62,365 nucleotides of DNA from NCBI GenBank assembly GCA_047620825.1, contig JBLHOC010000001.1:1-62365 (forward strand), in the 5' to 3' direction. The notes beneath the pieces were generated by a model that did no database searches, had not been told where the DNA came from, and worked only from the letters and a program-made list of their open reading frames with translations. Source of the DNA: Bacteroidia bacterium. Lineage in GTDB: Bacteria > Bacteroidota > Bacteroidia > NS11-12g > UBA9320. Both the position numbers and the translations under genes were made by a program. Positions 26,276 to 35,581 of the stretch are shown here, one piece after another. Every line of letters starts with the position of its first letter. Positions within the stretch are counted from its first letter, which is position 1.

Positions 26276-27583
26276 TTATTCTTTGACCAATATTCCCATA
26301 TCGTAAATCCGTTCTTCAAGTATTTCGCCACTCTCGTTGTAGAATGTCCATTTACCGTGCATGACTGAAGTGTTATAACTTTTTAACATGCGGTCGCCAT
26401 GTGAAAAGGCACCTCGATGGTGTGTTGAAGGTGAAAAGATTAGTATGCCATTAGTTTTGATCTGACCATTGGTGTAGAAGGACGTGAAAGAATCGAGTGG
26501 AGTTAGATGGTAGTCGTAATCTACAGTTTGCATGTCAAATTCAAGAGCTACACTGTCCATTACGTAACCACGCGTTCGCCAATTAAAGGAATTTACAATT
26601 TCATCTGAGCCCTTAAACTTTAAAGTATCGTGAATTGTTGTTTGGATACGCAAACTCCCACTGATATCAAACTTCTGAAAAGACCAAGTTTGGGGACCAA
26701 TTGGTTCCATAACATACACGAGACGATTCATATCGTCATGATAAGATTTTTGTGTTATTACGCCATTGTGATATTTTTTATCGAAGCGATAATTGTCATA
26801 GAAAGTCGAAATAGTTCCTGAGTTTATAGATTGATAAATTGAGTCTATGGTATACAGTTTGGTGACATCATTAAAAGTACGTAATGCTCCGGTTTGCGTT
26901 ACGATCGACGCATTGACGTATCGGAAATTGGATTTATCTAAAAATATGTAAATCGGTTTTAAATGGAACGTTTCTTTCGTTGTAGGGTTAAACCCTCGGA
27001 GACGGTCAACCAATATAGTGCCCCCTCTTGCTTTATATATTCTGTGTCTGATTGAATCAGGAATATGCGAACCCTTAAATAGAAATTTTGAGAAACCTTC
27101 TGCATCTATTATTATCATGCGATAGGAAGTTACCTTAGCACTTGGTAGAGAACTAAGACCCGTGTTCCCATATGACAGGCGAATGCTTGTATGAATAGCA
27201 ACTGCGCTTCTGGCCATATGTGACCCCGATTCAATTGTACCAAGTTTAGCTATAGGTTTGGGTAACTGTTTTAACCTTATGCTAAGAGAGTCAATCCAAA
27301 TCGTATCCTTTTTACGCTTGTATCCGACGTAAACAGTGCCTCTACCTCGTGATAAGGCCAATATAGAAGTGCTGCTATCTGACTTTTTCAGTTCAATGTT
27401 ATCAGATGTTTTAACAATGATTTTACTGGCTTTAACATTGCTTATTGAAACTTGTATGTTATCCGGAATGCCAACATACAATGCATTATTGTTGTTTAAC
27501 TGAATCGCAGCATTTTGACCAAAAGAAAAACTAGAAACGGCACACGCAAGTACAGTACAAATTAGAATGAGTGATTTCTTCAT
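26276..27583 (-). CDS. hypothetical secreted protein with C-terminal MORN-variant (YwqK-like) repeats
   Basis: Signal peptide MKKSLILICTVLACAVSSFSFGQ. The N-terminal half is beta-rich. C-terminal segments FYTNGQIKTNGILIF and HGKWTFYNESGEILEERIYDMGILV resemble MORN_2 repeats. Confidence 0.6.
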   Translation of the reverse strand: MKKSLILICTVLACAVSSFSFGQNAAIQLNNNNALYVGIPDNIQVSISNVKASKIIVKTSDNIELKKSDSSTSILALSRGRGTVYVGYKRKKDTIWIDSLSIRLKQLPKPIAKLGTIESGSHMARSAVAIHTSIRLSYGNTGLSSLPSAKVTSYRMIIIDAEGFSKFLFKGSHIPDSIRHRIYKARGGTILVDRLRGFNPTTKETFHLKPIYIFLDKSNFRYVNASIVTQTGALRTFNDVTKLYTIDSIYQSINSGTISTFYDNYRFDKKYHNGVITQKSYHDDMNRLVYVMEPIGPQTWSFQKFDISGSLRIQTTIHDTLKFKGSDEIVNSFNWRTRGYVMDSVALEFDMQTVDYDYHLTPLDSFTSFYTNGQIKTNGILIFSPSTHHRGAFSHGDRMLKSYNTSVMHGKWTFYNESGEILEERIYDMGILVKE

Positions 27584-27629
27584 GTTTTAGGAATTGGTTA
27601 AATAGCAACCCCACTAGAAATCTAGAGGA

Positions 27630-29765
27630 CTACTGAACAACAACTCGTTTAACAGCTGTTTTATTTTCCATATCAATCGTTACATGGTAAACACCTGGTG
27701 CCAAATGTGACGTCACTTCAAATCTTGACTGATTCAAGTTTGTTGTTTTGTACATTACGCGACCGTTAATATCTGTAATTCGAATGGTATTTATCGCTTC
27801 ACCAGTAGTTTCAATTATAAAATTGCCGGTTGATGGATTTGGTATAACCGTAGCCTGATGGTTGTTATCAAAACCAGGTACGCTAAGACCAATAGCATCA
27901 ATGCAATCTGACCTTTTTGTACAGTTACTTAAGGTAATGTCGACCGCATAAGTCCCAGAACTTTGCGGTGTATACGATATAGATGTTTCACCATTTATTG
28001 ACCTATCGGTTTTACAATCCACCCATTGGTATCCATCTGCAACTTGATCAGCTGTTAGCGTGCTACCAGATACCATTACGTTGTTATTGATGGTCGTTAC
28101 TTCAAGATCGATGGTAACAAAGGAGTCACAGCCTTGACCAGTAACATCTGTAAATTCAATGACTTCGGATGAGGTTCGCCATATGTTATTGACCATAATG
28201 GAATCACAAGCTTCTACCTTGTCACTGGTTACTTTAGTATCAGACAAGACTAAGTCATAAGCAATGATAGAATCACAACCAAACTGAGAGGTATAACGTT
28301 CTGTGTGCACGCCATTAGTTAAATAGTGCTTTCCAGATGGAGCAATAAATGAATCACAGTCTTGCACAGGTACGGTTACATTACTTATGTCGTGAATAGT
28401 TAAGTCTATAATTATCAATGAATCACATTTATGTTGATTGGCCTTAGATAGTTTTTCTTTATAAATGCCGGTCTTGGTGTACGTATTGCCTAGGCTTGAT
28501 TTAAAACGATCGCAATGTGTTTCAACCATTGTAAATGAACTTGATTCATTCACGTCAATATCTATGGTGTGTGTAGAGTCACACCCAGTAACAGCGGTTC
28601 CGTTTTGAGTCAATTGCACATCGGTAAAATACCATTTGCCATCCACGCGAGTAGAATCACACACAACTAAATCTTCTTGAGTCTCCAATTTTTGGTTTAC
28701 AAGCACTTCCATTAAAAGTACGGAGTCACAACCCTTTGGTGTTACACCTTTTAAGGTGTCTCGATACAACCCAGTTTGATAATATACATTTCCTAACGGT
28801 GTAACAAATGAATCGCAAACTGTATGTCTAGTGAATTTATATATTCTACCAAGTTCTACTTTTAATGTGATTATAGAATCACATCCAGCGGTGTTGGTTA
28901 ACGTTGTTGTATAAGTACCAGGAGAAGTATATACTTTACCTTTTGACGTCGTGTAACTATAGCAACCAAAAACATCTTTGTTGGATTTGGTATCGCCACC
29001 TGTTAATGTGTCTCCTGTAATCCAATTAGATCCTGATCCTGATAGCGTAAAGTTACTAAGCGTACCGTTTTTCTTGCTGCTTGAATAGTCTTTGGCCGTT
29101 TTGTTGGACTTATTAGAAGAATCTGCGTCTCCCTCATTTAGTTTAAAATAACCGACTAAACCCTTGGGGTAATTACAATATTCTTTTTCCATATCGGCTT
29201 TAATAGCGGATGCTGACCGAACAAAGTTGAAAATTCTAACTTCGTCAATATCACCGTCGAAGTTATTGGTCCCATCAATTCGCTGACCTATGCGAATGTT
29301 AACAGACGTGCCAGTGCTAATATTTGTGGCAGTAATACTTCCGCTCGCATCCAACACCCCGTCAACATAAAGTTTTATGTCATTTTGCTTTCCGATCTGA
29401 GCATAGGTGGCCGCAACATGGTGCCACTTGCCATCATTAATTGCAGTTTTACCATTTATTCCTGCCCCAGAAAACTCTAATCGTAGTGCATTTCCAGATA
29501 ATATATTTAGCGTAAATCTAGCTCCAGAACTAGCAGCACCCCAATCCACAATCACCTTTTGCTTCCCTCCTTTATTTGGGTCACAATTGGCAGTGGTTCG
29601 TATCATTGCTTCCACAGTCCTTGCGTTTTGCCCAGAAATACCAGGATGTGTTGTTTGAATAAAATCATCGCTTCCGTCAAAGTTTAACGCAACGTTTTGT
29701 GCAGAGGACGTAAGACTAAAACCGCAAAATAAGAGAATAATTAAGGTGTAAATGGGAGCTTTCAT
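27630..29765 (-). CDS. LamG/concanavalin-like lectin domain protein with a tandem two-Cys repeat region and a T9SS C-terminal sorting domain
   Basis: Signal peptide MKAPIYTLIILLFCGFSLTSSAQ. LamG hallmarks are LNFDGSDDFIQT...GKWHHVAATY...DGDIDEVRIFN. Six ~50-aa repeats follow. The C-terminal domain is VIPNPSTGNFIIET...GVYHVTIDMENKTAVKRVVVQ. Confidence 0.8.
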   Translation of the reverse strand: MKAPIYTLIILLFCGFSLTSSAQNVALNFDGSDDFIQTTHPGISGQNARTVEAMIRTTANCDPNKGGKQKVIVDWGAASSGARFTLNILSGNALRLEFSGAGINGKTAINDGKWHHVAATYAQIGKQNDIKLYVDGVLDASGSITATNISTGTSVNIRIGQRIDGTNNFDGDIDEVRIFNFVRSASAIKADMEKEYCNYPKGLVGYFKLNEGDADSSNKSNKTAKDYSSSKKNGTLSNFTLSGSGSNWITGDTLTGGDTKSNKDVFGCYSYTTSKGKVYTSPGTYTTTLTNTAGCDSIITLKVELGRIYKFTRHTVCDSFVTPLGNVYYQTGLYRDTLKGVTPKGCDSVLLMEVLVNQKLETQEDLVVCDSTRVDGKWYFTDVQLTQNGTAVTGCDSTHTIDIDVNESSSFTMVETHCDRFKSSLGNTYTKTGIYKEKLSKANQHKCDSLIIIDLTIHDISNVTVPVQDCDSFIAPSGKHYLTNGVHTERYTSQFGCDSIIAYDLVLSDTKVTSDKVEACDSIMVNNIWRTSSEVIEFTDVTGQGCDSFVTIDLEVTTINNNVMVSGSTLTADQVADGYQWVDCKTDRSINGETSISYTPQSSGTYAVDITLSNCTKRSDCIDAIGLSVPGFDNNHQATVIPNPSTGNFIIETTGEAINTIRITDINGRVMYKTTNLNQSRFEVTSHLAPGVYHVTIDMENKTAVKRVVVQ
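28092..28970 (-). repeat. six tandem ~50-aa coding repeats, each with two Cys, mostly in the tripeptide C-D-S
   Basis: First Cys of each unit falls at aa 268, 317, 369, 418, 470 and 520. The second Cys falls at 295, 346, 395, 447, 497 and 546 (GCDSIITLKVEL, GCDSVLLMEVLV, GCDSTHTIDIDV, KCDSLIIIDLTI, GCDSIIAYDLVL, GCDSFVTIDLEV). On the + strand this appears as recurring GA(A/G)TCACA. Confidence 0.7.
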
Positions 29766-29908
29766 AACAAGGCTATTTATACAATATTATGCATAAACCT
29801 TTGTTCACGGTGACTACAATCAGGCAATTGATTGTTTTCCACTCAAAGGAACAGGGGTTCTTGCAGCGAAATACGTATGAAATGAAAACTAATTTAAAAC
29901 ACAAATAT

Positions 29909-30139
29909 TTAGTCTACCTCTTCGTAATCTACATACGTCCCGTCATCCTTTGTGGATTGGGGGGGTGTGTTCTTGGATTCTATGTTAATCTCTCCTTCGT
30001 GCCTAGTTTGTTTCTGAGCTGCACGCGTTTGATCAATAATCGCATCACGTTGTTGTAAGACCAACTTGCGGAACTTCCATGCCCTGCGAATAAATTGGAT
30101 CACCAAATAACCGACTATAATTAAAAGTATGTTTCTCAA
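29909..30139 (-). CDS. small membrane protein, DUF4834-like
   Basis: 76 aa with a TTG start 1 nt downstream of the carB stop. It has an N-terminal TM helix (ILLIIVGYLVIQFI), a basic stretch, and an acidic C-terminus ...GTYVDYEEVD that resembles DUF4834. Confidence 0.5.
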   Translation of the reverse strand: MRNILLIIVGYLVIQFIRRAWKFRKLVLQQRDAIIDQTRAAQKQTRHEGEINIESKNTPPQSTKDDGTYVDYEEVD

Positions 30140-30140
30140 A

Positions 30141-32957
30141 TTACTTACTTAAGTACATTGATTTTTCTTTGTATAACTCTCTAAAGTATGGGTCTTTCAA
30201 ATCATCTACAAAGTAAATGGATTCACCAGTGGATTTCATTTCTGGGCCTAATTCCTTATTTACATTTGGGAATTTGTTAAACGAGAAAACTGGTTTTTTA
30301 ATGGCGTATCCTTTAGGTTTTTTAACAATGTCGAAGTCTTTTAGTTTGTGTGTACCCAACATTATTTTCGTTGCAATATTTACATATGGCACTTCATAGG
30401 CTTTGCAAATAAATGGAACAGTCCGAGAACCACGCGGGTTAGCCTCAATCACATACACTTTTTCATTCTTAACTGCGAATTGTATATTTAAAAGACCTAT
30501 GATATTAAGCGCATGTGCAATCTGTATGGTGTAAGCTTCCATTTGGTCTAAAACCACCTGGGAGAAACTAAATGGAGGAAGCACTGCAGATGAATCGCCA
30601 GAATGAATTCCAGCTGGTTCAATATGCTCCATCATACCCAAAATATGCACATCCTCTCCGTCACAAATACTATCGCTTTCAGACTCCTCTGCACGGTCTA
30701 AGAAATGATCAACTAATATTTTATTGTCTGGCAAGTCACCTTGTAGTTCAATGACCGCTTTCTGTAAATCTTCATCGTTAATAACGATTTTCATGCCTTG
30801 TCCACCCAAAACATATGATGGACGAACCAACACAGGATAACCTACGCGATTCGCAATTTCAACCGCTTCATAAGCATTTTCTGCCACACCATACTCTGGA
30901 TATGGGATGCCCAACTCTTTCAATAAGTCGGAGAATGATCCACGGTCTTCAGCTAAATCCATGTCTGGATAATCGGTTCCAATAATTTTAATGCCACGAG
31001 CGTGCAGTTTTTCTGCAAGCTTCAATGCTGTTTGTCCGCCTAACTGAACGATGACACCTTCTGGTTTCTCAAGTTCAATTATTTCTAACAAGTGCTCCCA
31101 AAAAACTGGTTCAAAATATAGCTTACTTGCCATGTCGAAATCAGTTGAAACCGTTTCTGGGTTACAGTTAATCATGATGGCCTCATAGTCCATTTCTTTT
31201 GCGGCAATTAGACCATGAACACAACAATAATCAAACTCAATACCTTGTCCAATTCGATTAGGTCCTGCCCCTAATACAACGACCTTCTTTTTATCAGATA
31301 CGATGGACTCGTTTTCACCTTCAAAAGTTGAGTAATAATAATTTGTAGGCGATTCGAATTCAGCTGAACATGTGTCAACCATCTTATAAACTCGAGATAT
31401 GCCTAATGATTTTCTTTTAAGAAAGACCTCATCCTCTGTACAGTCTCCCATCACATGGGCAATCTGAAAATCGGAAAAACCTTTTTCTTTGGCGATTCTT
31501 AGAATGGAAGGTTCAACATTTTGAAGGGTGTATTTTTTGATTTCACGTTCGGTTTTAACAAGATCATAAATCTGTTCCAAAAACCAGCGATCGATCTTTG
31601 TGATTTCTTGAATCGAGGTAATAGGTATACCCAAGGAAACAGCATCTTTTATGTGGAATAGTCTGTCCCAACTTGGATGTTTTAAGCTGTTTACGATTAC
31701 ATCAAGGTTTCGTTCTTGGTAGCCATCGCAACCTAGGCCCATTCGCTTAAGTTCCAAACTCTGACAAGCTTTTTGAAGGGCTTCTTGGAAACTCCGACCA
31801 ATAGCCATTACTTCTCCAACCGACTTCATCTGCAAGCCCAGTTCTGTATCAGCACCAGGGAATTTAGCAAAATTCCATCTTGGGATTTTTACAATGGTGT
31901 AATCAATCGAAGGCTCAAAAAATGCAGAGGTTGTTTTGGTAACCGGATTTTTTAGTTCATCTAAGTAATATCCAACAGCCAACTTTGCTGCGATTTTGGC
32001 AATCGGATAACCCGTGGCTTTGGAAGCCAACGCCGATGACCGACTAACTCTAGGATTTATTTCAATGGCAATAATGTTTTCAGTATCTGGATCAACAGAA
32101 AATTGAACATTACATCCTCCAGCAAAGTTTCCGATGCTTCGCATCATTTTGATGGACTGATCTCGCATGTCTTGAAAACAGGTATCACTTAACGTCATTG
32201 CAGGCGCAACGGTTATAGAGTCACCTGTATGTATGCCCATTGGATCAAAATTTTCAATGGTGCAAATGATGGCAATATTGTCGTTTGAGTCTCGCAGTAA
32301 CTCTAATTCATATTCTTTCCAACCCAAAACAGCTCTTTCAACAAGCACCTCATGTGTAGGTGAAGCTTCGAGGCCTCTTTTGAGTAATTCATCGAATTCA
32401 CTTTTGTCATGGACAAACCCACCACCATAACCACCAAGGGTGTATGACGGACGAATTACTAATGGGAAACCCAATAGTTGAGCAGCTTCTTTTCCTTCAA
32501 GAAAGGAATTTGCGATTTTAGATGGTGCAACCCCAACACCAATTTCGACCATTAATTTTCGGAACTCTTCACGATTTTCCGTTTTTTCAACGGCCTCCAT
32601 GTCAACCCCAATCATTCGAATATTGTACTCTTCCCATATGCCAAGTTCATCTACTTCCTTGGCTAGGTTTAATGCAGTTTGCCCACCCATGGTTGGCAAA
32701 ACGGCATCTATTTGATGCTTCTTTAAAATGGTGACGATCGACTCGGGTGTTAACGGCAACAAGTAAATGTTGTCTGCCATTACAGGGTCGGTCATTATAG
32801 TAGCCGGGTTGGAATTGATCAGTGTCACTGAAATCCCTTCTTCCATTAAACTTCTGGAAGCTTGAGAGCCAGCGTAATCAAACTCACATGCTTGACCAAT
32901 TATAATGGGACCGCTTCCGATAATTAAGACTGATTTTATTGAGGTATCTTTGGGCAT
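30141..32957 (-). CDS. carB: carbamoyl-phosphate synthase large subunit
   Basis: 938 aa with N-terminus MPKDTSIKSVLIIGSGPIIIGQACEFDYAGSQA. The ATP-grasp halves are duplicated; the second starts KKVVVLGAGPNRIGQGIEFDYCCVH. Confidence 0.95.
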   Translation of the reverse strand: MPKDTSIKSVLIIGSGPIIIGQACEFDYAGSQASRSLMEEGISVTLINSNPATIMTDPVMADNIYLLPLTPESIVTILKKHQIDAVLPTMGGQTALNLAKEVDELGIWEEYNIRMIGVDMEAVEKTENREEFRKLMVEIGVGVAPSKIANSFLEGKEAAQLLGFPLVIRPSYTLGGYGGGFVHDKSEFDELLKRGLEASPTHEVLVERAVLGWKEYELELLRDSNDNIAIICTIENFDPMGIHTGDSITVAPAMTLSDTCFQDMRDQSIKMMRSIGNFAGGCNVQFSVDPDTENIIAIEINPRVSRSSALASKATGYPIAKIAAKLAVGYYLDELKNPVTKTTSAFFEPSIDYTIVKIPRWNFAKFPGADTELGLQMKSVGEVMAIGRSFQEALQKACQSLELKRMGLGCDGYQERNLDVIVNSLKHPSWDRLFHIKDAVSLGIPITSIQEITKIDRWFLEQIYDLVKTEREIKKYTLQNVEPSILRIAKEKGFSDFQIAHVMGDCTEDEVFLKRKSLGISRVYKMVDTCSAEFESPTNYYYSTFEGENESIVSDKKKVVVLGAGPNRIGQGIEFDYCCVHGLIAAKEMDYEAIMINCNPETVSTDFDMASKLYFEPVFWEHLLEIIELEKPEGVIVQLGGQTALKLAEKLHARGIKIIGTDYPDMDLAEDRGSFSDLLKELGIPYPEYGVAENAYEAVEIANRVGYPVLVRPSYVLGGQGMKIVINDEDLQKAVIELQGDLPDNKILVDHFLDRAEESESDSICDGEDVHILGMMEHIEPAGIHSGDSSAVLPPFSFSQVVLDQMEAYTIQIAHALNIIGLLNIQFAVKNEKVYVIEANPRGSRTVPFICKAYEVPYVNIATKIMLGTHKLKDFDIVKKPKGYAIKKPVFSFNKFPNVNKELGPEMKSTGESIYFVDDLKDPYFRELYKEKSMYLSK

Positions 32958-33012
32958 TAGATGTGTTTCAAATTCGGCAAAATTAAGACAATAATATACT
33001 AAATACCTTATT

Positions 33013-33819
33013 GTGGAAAAGCAATTTCATTGGAGGAATTCAACCATAAATTACGTTGAATTTGGATCTGGTCAAGAGACTTTAATCTGTTTTCATGGTT
33101 ATGGCCAAGATTGTACAGTGTTTAATGTTTTAGAACCCAGTTTGGGTCTGCGGTATCATTTGGTGTCTGTCGATTTACCTTTCCAAGGAAAAACGGTTTG
33201 GGGCGAATCTGAAAAACTAAGTCCAATCTTGCTTGGGGATTTAATGACGAGATTTTTAAACCACGTCAATGCAAGCAAAAAAATAAGTCTATTGGGTTAC
33301 AGCATTGGCGGAAATTATGCACTTGGATTTTCCATGGCTTTTAAAGCCCGAATTAATGATTTGTGGTTAATAGCCGCAGACGGTTTAAAGCGTAAACCTG
33401 CGTTCAATTTTATCACTAAAACAAGTCTTGGTAGGTGGTTATTTAGATTATTTGTTTTGTATCCAGGTTGGTTTTTTTCAACTATTAAAGTGGTAAAAAA
33501 ACTAGGCCTCGTGGATCCAAAACCCTTGAAGTTTTATAAGTCTACCATAGATACGGTTATTAAAAGGCAAGAACTGTTTAATCGCTGGGCGAGCACGGCT
33601 CGAATTAGTCCAGGCGTAAAAAAGACCACGAGAGAATTACAACAGTCGGACATAAAGGTTTACTTAATCTATGGCAAAAGGGATACTGTTATTTCTTACA
33701 AAAGTGCGGAGCGATTTGAGAAACAAATACCCAATGCACAGCTATTCTTGATAGATAAGGGTCATCGATTGTTGGTTCATGAAACGAATGACGTCATTCA
33801 AACAGCATTAGGTCAATAG
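33013..33819 (+). CDS. alpha/beta-fold hydrolase
   Basis: GTG start. It has an HG oxyanion motif (LICFHGYG), a nucleophile elbow GYSIGG, and a C-terminal DKGHRLL His region. Confidence 0.7.
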   Translation: MEKQFHWRNSTINYVEFGSGQETLICFHGYGQDCTVFNVLEPSLGLRYHLVSVDLPFQGKTVWGESEKLSPILLGDLMTRFLNHVNASKKISLLGYSIGGNYALGFSMAFKARINDLWLIAADGLKRKPAFNFITKTSLGRWLFRLFVLYPGWFFSTIKVVKKLGLVDPKPLKFYKSTIDTVIKRQELFNRWASTARISPGVKKTTRELQQSDIKVYLIYGKRDTVISYKSAERFEKQIPNAQLFLIDKGHRLLVHETNDVIQTALGQ

Positions 33820-34266
33820 GACAGCAATTAATTGGGCAACAAATCCAAACGTAAAGAGGATGGCGCCAATGATCAGTGCATTTTTCCGTGTTTCGTTATT
33901 GTGCAATAGTTTGAATGTTAACGGAATCGCCACTTTATTTTCTAAGTAGGATTTGATTTTTTTATATCTAAACATAAAAACGATGTATAGCAACGTAAAT
34001 AGACCCATGGTAATGAAATATATTGTAGGGTTGATATAAATCTCTCCAGTTTGTGACATCTGATATGCGTTATAGCCACTAATGCCAATAAATGTTAGAC
34101 CATAGCCAAGAATAATAGTCAGCGTCACGATGATTGGAATATAGGTAACAAGCTTTTTGATACCAGACTCCATTCGGATTAAGGTTTGTGCACCCAACAA
34201 CTCTGGAGCTGCAAACCAGAACGCGAAGAACTGACAAATTAAACCAATCACTGTTAGCGTTTTCAT
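33808..34266 (-). CDS. hypothetical integral membrane protein
   Basis: 152 aa with four clearly hydrophobic helices and no recognisable motif. Its 3' end overlaps the convergent hydrolase gene by 12 nt. Confidence 0.5.
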   Translation of the reverse strand: MKTLTVIGLICQFFAFWFAAPELLGAQTLIRMESGIKKLVTYIPIIVTLTIILGYGLTFIGISGYNAYQMSQTGEIYINPTIYFITMGLFTLLYIVFMFRYKKIKSYLENKVAIPLTFKLLHNNETRKNALIIGAILFTFGFVAQLIAVLLT

Positions 34267-34301
34267 AGTACAATGTTACACCTTTGAACAAATTTTTAGG
34301 G

Positions 34302-35135
34302 ATGCAGAAAGCAATACAATTTATCATGAGGGTTTTGGGTGGGATACACCCAAGGCTTGGAGCTGGAATCGCATTTTTCCTCTTTTTTAAACCTTTTAGG
34401 TTGAAATCACATCCAAAAGACTTAGAAAAAAAAGCAACTGGAACCCAGCTTGATTTCACGATTGCCAATAAAAAAACGAGTGCTTGGTATTGGGGGGAAG
34501 GTCCGGTTGTAATTTTGGTCCACGGTTGGAGCAGTAAAGGTTTTCATTTTAGAAACTTTATTGACCCAATGGTTAAACGCGGTCTTACAGTTGTCATTCC
34601 AGATTTGCCAGGTCACGTCAATTCTGAGGGGAAATCTACCAATGTCCTGGAGTTTAAGGAAACGATTAACGCCATTATTACCCATTTTGGGCAGGTAAAT
34701 GGGCTCGTAGGGCACTCGCTGGGTGCTATGGCATGTATTTTACTGTTGGCCGACAATGAGGTTGTTACAAACAAATTGGTGGTCTTCAATTCCGCGGTTT
34801 ATGCTGGAACGATCATGGATCGTTTTATGGAGCAAATCCATGGGAACGATAAAATCAGACGTGCTCTATATAAAAAGTTAAAGGCGGAATTTGGTCAAGA
34901 TTTTGATTATTACTCCACCATTGACAGAATCCAAGAAGTTTCAAAAGTACCTGACCTATTGGTGATTGGTGATGAACATGATTTGGAAGTACCAGTGGGT
35001 GAAGCAAAGGATTTAGCCAAGTTGATGAAAGGGGAACTTCATATTACCCAAAACCTTGGGCACAATGGAGGTATTAAAGATCCAGACGTCGTTGATTTTG
35101 TCGTTGATTTTTTGGCAAAAAAAAACCGAGCTTAA
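34302..35135 (+). CDS. alpha/beta-fold hydrolase
   Basis: The ORF is listed from a TTG at 34284; the first ATG is at 34302. It has VILVHGWSS, a nucleophile elbow GHSLGA, and a C-terminal NLGHNG. Confidence 0.75.
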   Translation: MQKAIQFIMRVLGGIHPRLGAGIAFFLFFKPFRLKSHPKDLEKKATGTQLDFTIANKKTSAWYWGEGPVVILVHGWSSKGFHFRNFIDPMVKRGLTVVIPDLPGHVNSEGKSTNVLEFKETINAIITHFGQVNGLVGHSLGAMACILLLADNEVVTNKLVVFNSAVYAGTIMDRFMEQIHGNDKIRRALYKKLKAEFGQDFDYYSTIDRIQEVSKVPDLLVIGDEHDLEVPVGEAKDLAKLMKGELHITQNLGHNGGIKDPDVVDFVVDFLAKKNRA

Positions 35136-35167
35136 TAGCCCGGTCGTAAGTCATATGGAGAAGCTAA

Positions 35168-35389
35168 TTATAGCTCATCCTCATTAAAGAAATAATCGTC
35201 TGTTGTTGGATATTCACTCCAAACTTCATCGATGGATTCGAAAGCGTCTCCATCATCCTCAAGCTCTTGTAAGTTTTCAACTACTTCAAGAGGTGATCCA
35301 GAACGAATTGCATAATCAATCAACTCATCCTTGCTCGCTGGCCATGGTGCGTCGTCCAAATATGATGCTAATTCTAAAGTCCAATACAT
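35168..35389 (-). CDS. DUF2795 domain protein
   Basis: The ATG at 35389 gives MYWTLELASYLDDAPWPASKDELIDYAIRSGSPLEVVENLQEL..., which matches the DUF2795 pattern. The longer listed ORF starts at a TTG inside the upstream terminator flank. Confidence 0.7.
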   Translation of the reverse strand: MYWTLELASYLDDAPWPASKDELIDYAIRSGSPLEVVENLQELEDDGDAFESIDEVWSEYPTTDDYFFNEDEL

Positions 35390-35449
35390 AATTCTAAATT
35401 TATCTGTCCCAATTGTTCGCGAAAATAATTTTCTATATGAAAAAAACAA

Positions 35450-35478
35450 GCTAAAATGTTATTAGTTTTTATTTTAGC
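35450..35478. terminator. intrinsic terminator downstream of rlmB, hairpin with U-tracts in both orientations
   Basis: Perfect 8-bp stem GCTAAAAT / ATTTTAGC with a 13-nt loop. A-rich sequence (AAAAAAACAA) lies 5' and ATTTTTT lies 3'. Confidence 0.55.
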
Positions 35479-35581
35479 ATTTTTTCATTAAAATCAACAT
35501 AAGTGACTGTTAATAAACAAATTGCATCCTACATAGCAGACTATTAACAGCATTTCTCTTCATAAAAAGAGGTTGTCCAAC

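Noticed and set aside
29789-30058. 89-aa plus-strand ORF between the LamG gene and carB
   Set aside because: Its 3' half overlaps the better-supported minus-strand DUF4834-like gene, which is tightly coupled to carB. The translation has no convincing features.
34079-34468. 129-aa minus-strand ORF spanning the divergent region at 34267-34301
   Set aside because: It overlaps the starts of two supported genes, the membrane protein and the alpha/beta hydrolase. It would leave neither of them a promoter, so it is judged spurious.
35117-35125. A9 homopolymer in the last codons of the alpha/beta hydrolase gene (and a similar A9 at 49173-49181 in the 48862-49710 gene), considered as slipped-strand phase-variation switches
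   Set aside because: Both simply encode Lys runs (KK, KKK). The tracts are short, there is one per gene, and nothing suggests alternative reading frames of interest.
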